From Desulfuromonadales bacterium (GTDB taxonomy: Bacteria; Desulfobacterota; JAENJC01), in contig CAKKSC010000009.1 in assembly GCA_919902985.1 (NCBI GenBank), forward strand, positions 11,871 through 75,870: 64,000 nucleotides of DNA. The letters run 5' to 3'. The translations under genes were made by a program, and so were the position numbers. Positions 53,816 through 62,718 of the stretch are shown here, piece by piece. Each line of letters opens with the position of its first letter. Position 1 is the stretch's first letter. The notes under the pieces are model-generated. The model had not been told where the DNA came from and made no database searches. It worked only from the letters and a program-made list of their open reading frames with translations.

Positions 53816-54556
53816 TTGTTAAAACAGTTCGTAACAGCTTGGCAGTTTTTGACCATCATTCCCATTAACCGAAGGTTAGAGGTTTCTTCCGAATCCCTGG
53901 GAAAGAGCATGGCATTGTTTCCACTCGTCGGCCTTGTCCTTGGCCTTTTTATAGCAGTTCTAGATATTGCTTATTCAAGGCTCTTTCAAGCCAACTTTTC
54001 TTCAGCCCTCCTTCTCGTCTCTTATATTGCCATGTACGGCGGTTTCCATCTGGACGGCCTTGTAGACACAGTGGACGGCCTGGTTGGTGGACGGGATAGA
54101 GAGCATGCCCTTAAGATAATGAAGGAGAGCACTATTGGGGCAATAGGGCTTGTGACCCTCGTTCTCCTCCTCCTCCTGAAATATGCCGCCATCGGCTCTC
54201 TAAGTGGAGATGCAAGGATTGGAGGCCTCATTCTGATGCCTGTGATAGGAAGATGGACAGCGGTCATCATGGTTTATGGCTCAAGATACGCTCGTGAAGG
54301 AGCGGGCCTTGGAAAGCCTTTTACAGAATACGTCACAAAAAGGGAGGTTGTTGTTGCCAGCCTCCTTACGATTGTTATATCATGGTTTACACTCAAAGAT
54401 ATCGGCCTGCTGATCATCCTTGCAACCATCCTCCTGGGGCTCGGAATGAAACAATTTTTTAAGAATAAAATAGGTGGAATAACCGGGGATATATTGGGGT
54501 TTGGCGGTGAGTCAAGCGAACTGCTGATATTAATGATCTGTGTGATTAAGGTATAG
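53816..54556 (+). CDS. cobS: Adenosylcobinamide-GDP ribazoletransferase (cobalamin synthase)
   Basis: 246-aa membrane protein: ..AWQFLTIIPI.., ..GGFHLDGL.DT.DGL.. Confidence 0.9.
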   Translation: MLKQFVTAWQFLTIIPINRRLEVSSESLGKSMALFPLVGLVLGLFIAVLDIAYSRLFQANFSSALLLVSYIAMYGGFHLDGLVDTVDGLVGGRDREHALKIMKESTIGAIGLVTLVLLLLLKYAAIGSLSGDARIGGLILMPVIGRWTAVIMVYGSRYAREGAGLGKPFTEYVTKREVVVASLLTIVISWFTLKDIGLLIILATILLGLGMKQFFKNKIGGITGDILGFGGESSELLILMICVIKV

Positions 54557-54557
54557 T

Positions 54558-55172
54558 ATGGACGACAGGGCAACAAGGCTTTTTCTCGTCAGACACGGTG
54601 AGGTTACCAATCATAGGGGAGAATTTCGTTATAACGGCCACATTGATATAGATTTGACTGAACGAGGCCTTTCTCAGATGAAGGTTGTGGCTCATAGGCT
54701 GAGTGATGAGCCGATAAAAGGGATTTACTCCAGTGATCTGATAAGGACAATCAGAGGAGCGGAAGCTATTGCCAACAGGCACGGGATATCCCCTGTAGCT
54801 GATGCTAGGCTGAAGGAGGTCGCAGCAGGAAGGTGGGAAGGGCTAACCTTCAATGAGGTCCACGAACGCTTTCCTGATGAGTCCCATGTCAGGTTTGAAG
54901 ACCTGGTCAATTATAGAATTAAAGAGGGCGGGGAATCCCTCCGGGATGTGGCGGCAAGGGTTATCCCTGCGCTGAATGAGATAGTTTCAAGACACAGGGG
55001 TGAAAATGCAGTTATTGTAGCCCACGGCGGAGTGAACCGCGTCATCCTCTGCCACGCCCTTAACCTCCCTCTTGAAAACTTCTTCAGGTTGGAGCAGGAT
55101 TATGGATGCCTGAATATAATAGATTTTTTTGACGGGACGGCGGTGGTAAGACTGGTGAACGGGGTTATTTGA
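54558..55172 (+). CDS. cobC: Alpha-ribazole phosphatase (histidine phosphatase family)
   Basis: RLFLVRHGEV (RHG catalytic motif), ..G.W.G.TF.E.., ..VAHGG... Confidence 0.8.
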   Translation: MDDRATRLFLVRHGEVTNHRGEFRYNGHIDIDLTERGLSQMKVVAHRLSDEPIKGIYSSDLIRTIRGAEAIANRHGISPVADARLKEVAAGRWEGLTFNEVHERFPDESHVRFEDLVNYRIKEGGESLRDVAARVIPALNEIVSRHRGENAVIVAHGGVNRVILCHALNLPLENFFRLEQDYGCLNIIDFFDGTAVVRLVNGVI

Positions 55173-55231
55173 AAAACGTGGTGAGTTTCACCCATCCTTG
55201 TATCTTACACGATAGATAGCGTATAAATAAC

Positions 55232-55876
55232 ATGGACTTAACGGAACTAAAAAACATAATTGCCAGCGGCGAGTCGGAGATTGTGGAATTCAAACGTTCT
55301 ACCAGTCAACACATAGAAGCGGCAAAAACTATATGCGCCGTAAGTGTTGCCATGTATGACGACCATCTTGAAATTGCCAACCCAGGTGCGCTCCACTTCG
55401 GAATAACGCCTGAAAAACTGCTGAAACCCCATGAGTCGAGACCGTGGAACCCGATAATAGCCAGTGTCTTTTACCGCTCTGGTATTATTGAACAATGGGG
55501 ATCAGGAACATTGAAGATCATTGATCTGTGCAAGGAAGGAAAAGCCCCCGTTCCAAAGTGGTCGGAACAGGCAGGGTCTGTACTGGCAACTTTCAAACCC
55601 TCAACCAAGTTCAAGGCTACCCCGCAAGTCACCGGAGAAGTTGGGCGTTTGCTTCCGCTATGTGTAGCCCCCAAAAATCGAAAGGAACTGCTGGATTTAC
55701 TTGGCTTGAAAGATAGAGAACATTTCCGAAAGGTTTATCTGGTTCCAGCCCTTGAAAACGGTTATATTGAACGCACCATACCCGACAAGCCGCAGAGCAG
55801 CAAACAGAAGTATCGTTTGACGGAAAAGGGCAAGAGATGGTTGGAAGAAATAAGTAGTGTTAAGGAGGCGGTATGA
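55232..55876 (+). pseudogene. AlbA_2/HATPase_c_4 (RecG-like) putative regulator with an internal deletion
   Basis: The first ~36 aa (ELKNIIASGESEIVEFKRST...TICA) are the start of an AlbA_2 domain. The sequence then jumps directly into the C-terminal ..LEIANPG..GITPE.L......S..WNPIIA..F...G.IEQWGSG.. and the wHTH tail (..PDKPQSSKQKYRLT). Confidence 0.55.
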
Positions 55877-56154
55877 GTGATTCACGAGTAGTAGTTACTG
55901 TTATCGGCCCTGACAGGGTCGGCATCGTGGCTGATGTGGCTGGGCTTCTTTCGAAGCAGAATGTGAATATTCTGGACATCAACCAGAAGGTCATGGGAGG
56001 CAATATCTTTGCCATGACAATGCTTACTGATATAACAACCGCTGTCATTGACTTTGGCAACTTGAAGAAGCTGCTGGAGGAGAAGGGAAAGGAACTGGGG
56101 CTTAAGATTCATGCGCAGCATGAGGATATCTTTAAATATATGCATAGAATTTAA
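55873..56154 (+). CDS. ACT domain-containing protein (UPF0237 family)
   Basis: 93 aa: VVTVIGPDRVGIVADVAGLLS..NVNILDI.Q.VM...F.M.M. Confidence 0.8.
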   Translation: MSDSRVVVTVIGPDRVGIVADVAGLLSKQNVNILDINQKVMGGNIFAMTMLTDITTAVIDFGNLKKLLEEKGKELGLKIHAQHEDIFKYMHRI

Positions 56155-56157
56155 TGT

Positions 56158-56210
56158 GTAGGGGCAACCCTGTGTGGTTGCCCTGGGCGGCCACATAGGG
56201 CCGCCCCTAC
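56158..56210. repeat. REP doublet (GTAG-flanked twin hairpins)
   Basis: GTAGGGGCAACC-ctgtgt-GGTTGCCC tg GGCGGCC-acatag-GGCCGCCCCTAC. Confidence 0.85.
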
Positions 56211-56220
56211 AGGAGGCACA

Positions 56221-57582
56221 ATGAACATTTCACCTGAAGAGATTTTAGAAACCATTGAGATGATCGAGCACGAGTCCCTGGATGTACGAACCGTGACTAT
56301 GGGTATTTCCCTCCTTGATTGCTCCCATTCTGATGTAAAGATTGTTGGAGAGCGGGTAATAGCCAAGATAGAACGCCTAGCTGGGAAGCTCCGTGAGACG
56401 GCAAAGGGGATTGAATTGGACTATGGTATCCCGATAGTCAATACCAGAATTGCAATTACTCCGATATCCCTCGTCGTTGCTGGTGGCCACAAGGACGACT
56501 TCATTTACATTGCCACCTGTCTTGACGAGGCGGCAAAGAGGGTCGGGGTGAACTTCATAGGCGGATTTTCGTCACTCGTTCAGAAGGGGTTCACAGCCCA
56601 GGATCTGGCCCTGATAGAGGCGATACCGGAGGCTCTTGCAAAGACTGAGAGGGTCTGCTCATCGGTAAATATTGCATCCACAAGGGCTGGAATAAATATG
56701 GATGCGGTAAAAAAGATGGGGCAGGTGATAAAAAAGGCCGCAGAACTGACTGCCGACAAAGGCGGCCTTGCCTGTGCAAAACTGGTGGTCTTTGCCAATG
56801 CTGTAGACGACAATCCATTTATGGCAGGTGCGTTCCACGGTGTAGGAGAACCGGAGTGCGTAGTGAACGTTGGTGTCAGCGGCCCAGGCGTCGTCAGGGC
56901 TGCAGTGAAAGAGGCCAAAGGAAAGGATCTGGGAGAGGTTGCAGAGATAATAAAGAAGGTGGGTTTCAAGATCACAAGGATGGGCGAGCTTGTGGGACGC
57001 GAAATCTCAAGGCGTCTAAATGTAGAATTTGGAATACTCGATGTTTCACTTGCTCCAACTCCTGCCGAGGGCGATTCCGTAGCAGAGATACTTGAGGCTA
57101 TGGGACTTGAGAGGGTTGGCGCACCTGGGACTACTGCAGCCCTTGCCCTCTTAAATGATGCGATGAAAAAAGGCGGCGCCTTTGCGTCATCATATGTAGG
57201 AGGACTTTCAGGGGCATTCATCCCGGTCAGTGAAGACCAGGGGATGATAAGAGCGGCAAGGGAAGGTGTTCTTTCCATTGAAAAGCTGGAGGCCATGACA
57301 GCTGTCTGCTCCGTTGGGCTTGATATGATAGCGATTCCAGGTGACACCTCCGCAGAGACGATCTCGGCCATAATTGCCGATGAGGCAGCCATCGGCGTCA
57401 TTAATAACAAGACCACGGCAGTCAGGATCATCCCTGTTCCGGGAAAGAAGGTCGGGGACATGGTCTACTTCGGCGGACTTTTGGGTGAGGCGCCGATTAT
57501 TCCAGTCAGCAAATTAAGTTCCAAAGAATTTATTGACAGAGGCGGGAGGATACCTGCGCCTATACAGGGGATGAAGAATTAA
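56221..57582 (+). CDS. PFL-like UPF0210/DUF711 family protein
   Basis: 453 aa: ..ILETIEMIE...[15 protein letters not shown].. It is the usual partner of the UPF0237 ACT protein. Confidence 0.8.
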   Translation: MNISPEEILETIEMIEHESLDVRTVTMGISLLDCSHSDVKIVGERVIAKIERLAGKLRETAKGIELDYGIPIVNTRIAITPISLVVAGGHKDDFIYIATCLDEAAKRVGVNFIGGFSSLVQKGFTAQDLALIEAIPEALAKTERVCSSVNIASTRAGINMDAVKKMGQVIKKAAELTADKGGLACAKLVVFANAVDDNPFMAGAFHGVGEPECVVNVGVSGPGVVRAAVKEAKGKDLGEVAEIIKKVGFKITRMGELVGREISRRLNVEFGILDVSLAPTPAEGDSVAEILEAMGLERVGAPGTTAALALLNDAMKKGGAFASSYVGGLSGAFIPVSEDQGMIRAAREGVLSIEKLEAMTAVCSVGLDMIAIPGDTSAETISAIIADEAAIGVINNKTTAVRIIPVPGKKVGDMVYFGGLLGEAPIIPVSKLSSKEFIDRGGRIPAPIQGMKN

Positions 57583-57656
57583 AATGCAAATTGAAAATTT
57601 CAAAGTGCAAAACTCAAAATGGTCACTTTTCATTTTGCAATGGAGTGGCTACTAAT

Positions 57657-59057
57657 ATGCCACGACGTATTTTCATTGCAGCACCATCCAGCGGCTCCGG
57701 CAAGACAACTATATCTCTTGGTATAATGGCCGCTCTCCGCAAGAGGGGGCTTGCTGTCCAGCCGTTTAAGGTAGGTCCTGATTTTATAGACCCAGGTCAT
57801 CATACCGCTGTTTGCGGCAGGGTGTCGAGAAACCTGGACGGCTGGATGCTGTCAAATGATTATGTGGTCTCATCCTTTGGAAGAACCTGTAATGGGGCTG
57901 ATATTGCTGTCATTGAAGGGGTCATGGGACTCTTCGATGGCGTTAACGGGAAGTCAGAGGATGGAAGCAGCGCCCAGATAGCTAAATGGACAGGCTCTCC
58001 TGTGATACTTGTGGTTGATGCCAGAAGCATGGCGAGGAGCGCGGCAGCGCTGATATCCGGATTTGAGAAGTTTGACAAAGACATAACCGTTGCCGGAGTC
58101 ATCTTCAACAGGGTCGGAAGCGAAAGGCATAAAAACATGCTGAGAGATGCAGTAGAGTCAAAATGCAATACAAAGGTTCTTGGATTTATCCCAAGGGATG
58201 AGGCTTTGTCTATGCCTGAAAGGCATCTTGGGCTTGTAACTGCGGAGGATGGTTTTTCGCCGGCCTTTGTAGACAATCTGGCGGATGTGGTTGAACAAAA
58301 TGTGGATATGGATGGATTGCTGACCTTGGGCCTCCCCTACCCTTGCGGGAGGGGATTGAGGGGAGGGGGTACCGTCGAAAGTTCACCCTCACCCCGACCC
58401 TCTACCCATCCGGGCATAAATCCCGTCAAGGGAGAGGGAGCCGTGCGGATTGCCATTGCATGCGACAATGCCTTCTCCTTTTACTACGAAGATAACTTCG
58501 ACATCCTTAAAGACCTTGGCGCAGAACTGGTCTTCTTCAGCCCCCTTGCAGAGAAAGCGCTTCCTGAAGGCATTGCAGGGTTATATATAGGCGGCGGATA
58601 CCCCGAACTCCATGCAGAAAGGCTGGCTGCCAACAGGTCTATGATGGATTCGATCAAAAACTTCGCTGAATCAGGCGGAAAAATATATGCCGAATGCGGC
58701 GGCTTCATGTACCTGACGGAGGGGATTGTTGATTTTGATGGCCAATTTCACAGGATGGCTGGAATACTCCCAACCAAGGCAAAGATGCTCAAGCGGCGCA
58801 AGACCCTTGGGTATGTTGAAGTAGAGGCCATCGAAGATAATCCTTTGGCTGCAAAAGGCTCCAGGATAAGAGGGCACGAATTTCATTATTCAGAGATTGG
58901 TGAAATGCCGGAGTCAGTAGGTAGAGCTTACAAGGTTAAAAAGGCAAACGGTGGTGAGACTTGGGCTGAAGGATACAGATATAAAAATACCGTGGCATCT
59001 TATGTTCACCTGCATTTCGGGAGCAATAAGGAGTGGGCGGAAAGGTTTTTAAGATGA
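57657..59057 (+). CDS. cbiA: Cobyrinic acid a,c-diamide synthase
   Basis: IFIAAPSSGSGKTT.., ..PFKVGPDFIDP.HH.., C-terminal GATase ..ECGGFMYL.. and ..GHEFHYS... Contains a ~110-nt repeat insert (58330-58440). Confidence 0.92.
   Translation: MPRRIFIAAPSSGSGKTTISLGIMAALRKRGLAVQPFKVGPDFIDPGHHTAVCGRVSRNLDGWMLSNDYVVSSFGRTCNGADIAVIEGVMGLFDGVNGKSEDGSSAQIAKWTGSPVILVVDARSMARSAAALISGFEKFDKDITVAGVIFNRVGSERHKNMLRDAVESKCNTKVLGFIPRDEALSMPERHLGLVTAEDGFSPAFVDNLADVVEQNVDMDGLLTLGLPYPCGRGLRGGGTVESSPSPRPSTHPGINPVKGEGAVRIAIACDNAFSFYYEDNFDILKDLGAELVFFSPLAEKALPEGIAGLYIGGGYPELHAERLAANRSMMDSIKNFAESGGKIYAECGGFMYLTEGIVDFDGQFHRMAGILPTKAKMLKRRKTLGYVEVEAIEDNPLAAKGSRIRGHEFHYSEIGEMPESVGRAYKVKKANGGETWAEGYRYKNTVASYVHLHFGSNKEWAERFLR
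58330..58440. repeat. G/C-tract inverted-repeat element inside cbiA
   Basis: CCTCCCCTACCCTTGCGGGAGGGGATTGAGGGGAGGGGG...CACCCTCACCCCGACCCTCTACCC...CCCGTCAAGGGAGAGGGAG. Same family as 20083-20189. It is translated as LPYPCGRGLRGGGTVESSPSPRPSTHPGINPVKGEG. Confidence 0.8.
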
Positions 59058-59088
59058 CTTATAAATTAATATTGAATAAGGAGGTTGA

Positions 59089-60396
59089 ATGGCAACACAT
59101 ATTGAATTAGCAAGAAAGGGTACCATCACCAAGGAGATGGCAGCTGTGGCCCATGCAGAGGGGATTGCAGATGAGTATGTCCGCGATATGATCGCAACAG
59201 GAATGATCGTTATCCCCAACAACACAAGCAGGAAGAGCAAGGTAGTCGGCATCGGGAAAGGACTCAGGACAAAGGTTAATGCCAGCATCGGGACCTCATC
59301 TGACATCGTGGACATTGATGCAGAGTGCAGGAAGGCGAAGATAGCCGAGGAGGAAGGGGCCGATACCCTGATGGAACTCTCTGTGGGCGGAGATCTGGAC
59401 CTGGTGAGGCGGGAGGTATTGAAGTCAACCAACCTCCCGGTCGGGACGGTACCTCTTTATCAGGCTTTCTGCGAGGCTTCCAAGAAGTACCACGACCCGA
59501 ACAAGCTCACGGAGGAGATGCTCTTTGATGTGATTGAGAGGCAGTGCCGGGACGGGATAGCCTTTATGGCGATTCATTGCGGGATAAACCTTTACACAAT
59601 AGAGAGACTCAAGAAGCAGGGGTACCGCTACGGTGGCCTTGTGTCGAAGGGCGGGGCATCAATGGTCGGCTGGATGCTGGCGAATAACAGGGAAAATCCT
59701 CTCTATGAGAAGTTTGACAGGGTGGTGGAGATACTTAAGAAGTATGATGTGGTCTTGAGCCTTGGCAACGGCCTTCGTGCAGGCGCCATCCATGACTCCT
59801 CCGACAGGGCACAGATACAGGAGCTTGTCATTAACTGCGAACTGTCAGATATAGGTCAGCAGATGGGGTGCCAGATGATGGTGGAAGGGCCGGGACACAT
59901 CCCTCTTGATGAGATAGAGGCCAACATAATACTCCAGAAGAGGATGTCTAACGATGCGCCTTATTATATGCTTGGCCCTCTGCCTACAGATATAGGAGCA
60001 GGTTACGACCATATCACAGCAGCCATAGGGGCCGCATCTTCAGCCAGGTTCGGGGCTGACCTGATCTGCTATATTACGCCAGCCGAGCATATAGCCCTCC
60101 CAAATGAGGCGGACGTGAGGGAAGGTGTGAGGGCCACCAGGCTTGCCGCCCATATCGGCGACCTGTCAAAATACAAGGACAGACGCGACAGGGAGATGGC
60201 GATGTCAAAGGCAAGGCGTGAAAGGCGCTGGGATGAACAGTTCTCCCTTGGCCTCTTTGGAGATGAGGCAAGGAAGATAAGGGCATCCAGGACGCCGGAG
60301 AAAGACGACACATGCACCATGTGCGGATCCTTCTGCGCACTGGATAACGGAAACAAGTATTTTGTGCAAGATCTTCAGACAGGCGGAAAGGCATAA
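59089..60396 (+). CDS. ThiC-family radical SAM enzyme; context suggests 5-hydroxybenzimidazole synthase (BzaF-like) rather than thiamine ThiC
   Basis: 435 aa: ..ELARKGTIT.EM..VA..E......R..IA.G..VIP.N.., ..GTVP+YQA.., ..HCG.., C-terminal CTMCGSFCA cluster. The upstream spacer is only 31 nt, so there is no TPP riboswitch. It is embedded between cbiA and cbiX-cbiC. Confidence 0.75.
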   Translation: MATHIELARKGTITKEMAAVAHAEGIADEYVRDMIATGMIVIPNNTSRKSKVVGIGKGLRTKVNASIGTSSDIVDIDAECRKAKIAEEEGADTLMELSVGGDLDLVRREVLKSTNLPVGTVPLYQAFCEASKKYHDPNKLTEEMLFDVIERQCRDGIAFMAIHCGINLYTIERLKKQGYRYGGLVSKGGASMVGWMLANNRENPLYEKFDRVVEILKKYDVVLSLGNGLRAGAIHDSSDRAQIQELVINCELSDIGQQMGCQMMVEGPGHIPLDEIEANIILQKRMSNDAPYYMLGPLPTDIGAGYDHITAAIGAASSARFGADLICYITPAEHIALPNEADVREGVRATRLAAHIGDLSKYKDRRDREMAMSKARRERRWDEQFSLGLFGDEARKIRASRTPEKDDTCTMCGSFCALDNGNKYFVQDLQTGGKA

Positions 60397-60444
60397 TACA
60401 TAAATGGACACAGATGAACGCTGATAAATTCTGATAGCAAGGAT

Positions 60445-60472
60445 TTAGGGGCGTATTGCAATACGTCCCTAC
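60445..60472. repeat. REP single hairpin (degenerate)
   Basis: TTAGGGGCGTATTGCAATACGTCCCTAC. Confidence 0.7.
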
Positions 60473-60520
60473 CTTACAAATCATGCAAATCTGCGTCTAA
60501 CAAATAAAGGAGGTTATTTT

Positions 60521-61543
60521 TTGAAAACAGCAATATTACTACTTGGTCACGGCAGTCCCCGCAAGGAGGCCAATGAGTCTCTTGAAAGGACCGCAGCAAT
60601 GGTCAAGCTGGCGGGAGGGTATGACCTGGTAAGGACGGCATTTATGGAGTTCGGCAAGCCGGACATACAGACCGGAGCCAAGCAGTGCATAGACGATGGG
60701 GTGGAAAGGATTATCTTCATGCCATACTTCCTTTACATGGGCGCTCATGTGTCAAAAGATCTGCCGGCTGAGATGGAAGAGGCGAAGAAGAAATATCCGA
60801 ATGTAGAGATGATAATGACCGAGCCCCTCGGAGAAGACCCTAAGCTGGCGGAGATTGCAGTTAAACGGATTTCAAAGGCAGTGAGCGGTCAGCAGTCATC
60901 TGTCAGCAGGAACTTCCCTCCAGAGGGGATAGAGAAGGAGTCTTTTCGAATCATTGATGAGGCGCTGAGAGGTTATAATCTGGGGGAGCTTGAATATCCG
61001 GTCGTCCGTAGGGTCATCCATACTACAACCGATTTTGAATACGCCACTTCAATGCGATTCAGCAAAGGAGCAGTGGAGGCAGGAGTCGAGGCCCTGAAAA
61101 AGGGATGCTCCATTGTGACTGACGTGGACATGGTGATGTCCGGTATATTAAAGAGTTACAGGAGCAAGCTTGGTATCGAAGTATTCTGCCACATCTCAGG
61201 CGAGGGTGTCATAAAAGAGGCGAAGAAGAAAGGTGTTACAAGGGCGACCATTGCAATGCAGAAGGGTAAAGAGAGGATAAACGGTGGGATCGTAGCCATA
61301 GGAAATGCGCCAACAGCCCTATATGAGTTGATCAGACTTTCTAAAGAGGAAGGGATAAGGCCAGCCCTTGTGGTGGGGATGCCTGTCGGTTTTGTAGGGG
61401 CAGCTGATTCCAAGGAAGCCCTTGCTGCCAGTGACCTTAACTATATTACAAACATAGGCACAAAAGGCGGAAGCCCCCTCACTGCTGCTGCAGTTAATTC
61501 GCTGATGATACTTGCAGCAGAGGATAAAAAGGGCAATAGTTAG
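60521..61543 (+). CDS. cbiX-cbiC: Fusion of a small sirohydrochlorin cobaltochelatase (CbiX-S) and cobalt-precorrin-8 methylmutase (CbiC)
   Basis: N-terminal half: AILLLGHGSP.......L......L........V..AFMEFG.P.I.......I..G..RI...PYFL..G.HV..DLP. C-terminal half: ..E.SF.II......Y......  .VV.RVIHTT.DF.Y..., ..AIGNAPTAL..L.., ..VVGMPVGFVGA..SK. The linker contains a CAGCGGTCAGCAGTCA simple repeat. Confidence 0.85.
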   Translation: MKTAILLLGHGSPRKEANESLERTAAMVKLAGGYDLVRTAFMEFGKPDIQTGAKQCIDDGVERIIFMPYFLYMGAHVSKDLPAEMEEAKKKYPNVEMIMTEPLGEDPKLAEIAVKRISKAVSGQQSSVSRNFPPEGIEKESFRIIDEALRGYNLGELEYPVVRRVIHTTTDFEYATSMRFSKGAVEAGVEALKKGCSIVTDVDMVMSGILKSYRSKLGIEVFCHISGEGVIKEAKKKGVTRATIAMQKGKERINGGIVAIGNAPTALYELIRLSKEEGIRPALVVGMPVGFVGAADSKEALAASDLNYITNIGTKGGSPLTAAAVNSLMILAAEDKKGNS

Positions 61544-61557
61544 AGGGGAAAATGAAT

Positions 61558-61586
61558 AAAGGGCGGAGATCATCCGCCCTTTATTT
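61558..61586. terminator. Bidirectional intrinsic terminator between cbiX-cbiC and atpE
   Basis: AAAGGGCGGA-gatca-TCCGCCCTTT, flanked by A-rich sequence on one side and T-rich on the other. Confidence 0.8.
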
Positions 61587-61609
61587 GGCTTACCGGTTCT
61601 TACTCGTAA

Positions 61610-61954
61610 TTACAGCTTGAAGTAGAGCATGAATGAAATAACGAGTGCATATATGACCAGAGACTCGATCATGGCAAGACCGATAATCATCGGTGTCAGG
61701 ATCTTACCTGACGCGCCCGGGTTCCTGGCAATGCCGTCAAGCCCGGCTGTTGTTACCCTTCCCTGAGCAATAACGCCGCCTAAAGCTACTATCCCTATGG
61801 TAAGCCCGCTGGCCAATACTATAGCGATCGTTACGTTGTCCCCAAGACCGGCTGCTGCTTCCTGTGCCATGGCCAATGGAGCTGCCAAGAGCATCATGGC
61901 CATAACTGCCAATAATGATACAAAACCTTTCTTCACTGAAATCCCCCCTTTCAT
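61610..61954 (-). CDS. atpE: F-type ATP synthase subunit c with an N-terminal signal-like extension
   Basis: C-terminal hairpin ..GGVIAQG..........ARNP......  ..MIIGLAMIESLVIYALVI... About 35 extra N-terminal residues end in ..APLAMAQEA. Confidence 0.9.
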   Translation of the reverse strand: MKGGISVKKGFVSLLAVMAMMLLAAPLAMAQEAAAGLGDNVTIAIVLASGLTIGIVALGGVIAQGRVTTAGLDGIARNPGASGKILTPMIIGLAMIESLVIYALVISFMLYFKL

Positions 61955-62001
61955 AAAAAATATGTTTTTTTAATCTGACTGCTACTCACTATTCACTGCC
62001 T

Positions 62002-62709
62002 TTAATGGTGTTCCTCTTCGTGGTGTTCTATAGCTGCGCCAATATATATAATACTTAACAGCATAAAAACGAATGTTTGAACTATAGCAACGAATATTCC
62101 AAGGAGCAACATCGGGAGAGGGATTATCAACGGAATCAGCATCATAAAAACAGCCAGCACCGTATGGTCTCCGAAGATATTGCCAAAAAGCCTCATGGAG
62201 AGGGACAATGGCCTTGCAAGATGGCTAATTATCTCTAACGGCAGCATAAGGGGAGACATCCACCACACCGGGCCAAGAAAGTGCTTCAGGTATCTCATCC
62301 CATTTACCTTGACACCATATATATGGGTTGCAAAGAATACAATCAACGCGCATGCAGCCGGGGTGTTTAAGTTACTTGTAGGAGGAACGAAACCAGGTAT
62401 CTGACCGGATATATTGGAAAAGAAAATAAAAAATGCTAGGGTCCCCATAAGCGGCAATAAAGGCTTTCCATGTTCGCCTATGGTATCGTATATCAGCCCC
62501 AGAACGCTTTCTACAGCCATTTCAAATGTATTTCTGAGCGTCAGATTTCTCTCCGGAACAAGATAATTCTCAGGTGTTGTCATCTTTCTTGAGACGGCAA
62601 ATGCCATAAGGGAAAGGGCAATAAATATGACAAACCCATATGGGACATGGGGATACTCTTCAAAGAAATGCACTGACAGCAGGGAAAACCAATGAAAGCC
62701 GTGCTCCAT
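62002..62709 (-). CDS. atpB: F-type ATP synthase subunit a
   Basis: 235 aa, polytopic. Conserved ..LSLSMRLFGNIFGDH.. (essential Arg) region. Confidence 0.92.
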   Translation of the reverse strand: MEHGFHWFSLLSVHFFEEYPHVPYGFVIFIALSLMAFAVSRKMTTPENYLVPERNLTLRNTFEMAVESVLGLIYDTIGEHGKPLLPLMGTLAFFIFFSNISGQIPGFVPPTSNLNTPAACALIVFFATHIYGVKVNGMRYLKHFLGPVWWMSPLMLPLEIISHLARPLSLSMRLFGNIFGDHTVLAVFMMLIPLIIPLPMLLLGIFVAIVQTFVFMLLSIIYIGAAIEHHEEEHH

Positions 62710-62718
62710 AACCCTAAA

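Noticed and set aside
56580-57461. 293-aa ORF on the - strand
   Set aside because: It is antisense to the well-conserved DUF711/UPF0210 gene and has an Ala/Ser/Pro/Thr-rich shadow-frame composition. The long antisense ORFs at 6152-6805, 38785-39402, 43682-44332, 40591-41097, 35851-36426 and 14759-15382 were rejected by the same reasoning.
59058-59088. TPP riboswitch upstream of the ThiC-family gene
   Set aside because: The spacer is only 31 nt and contains just an AAGGAGG RBS. There is no room for the roughly 100-nt THI element.
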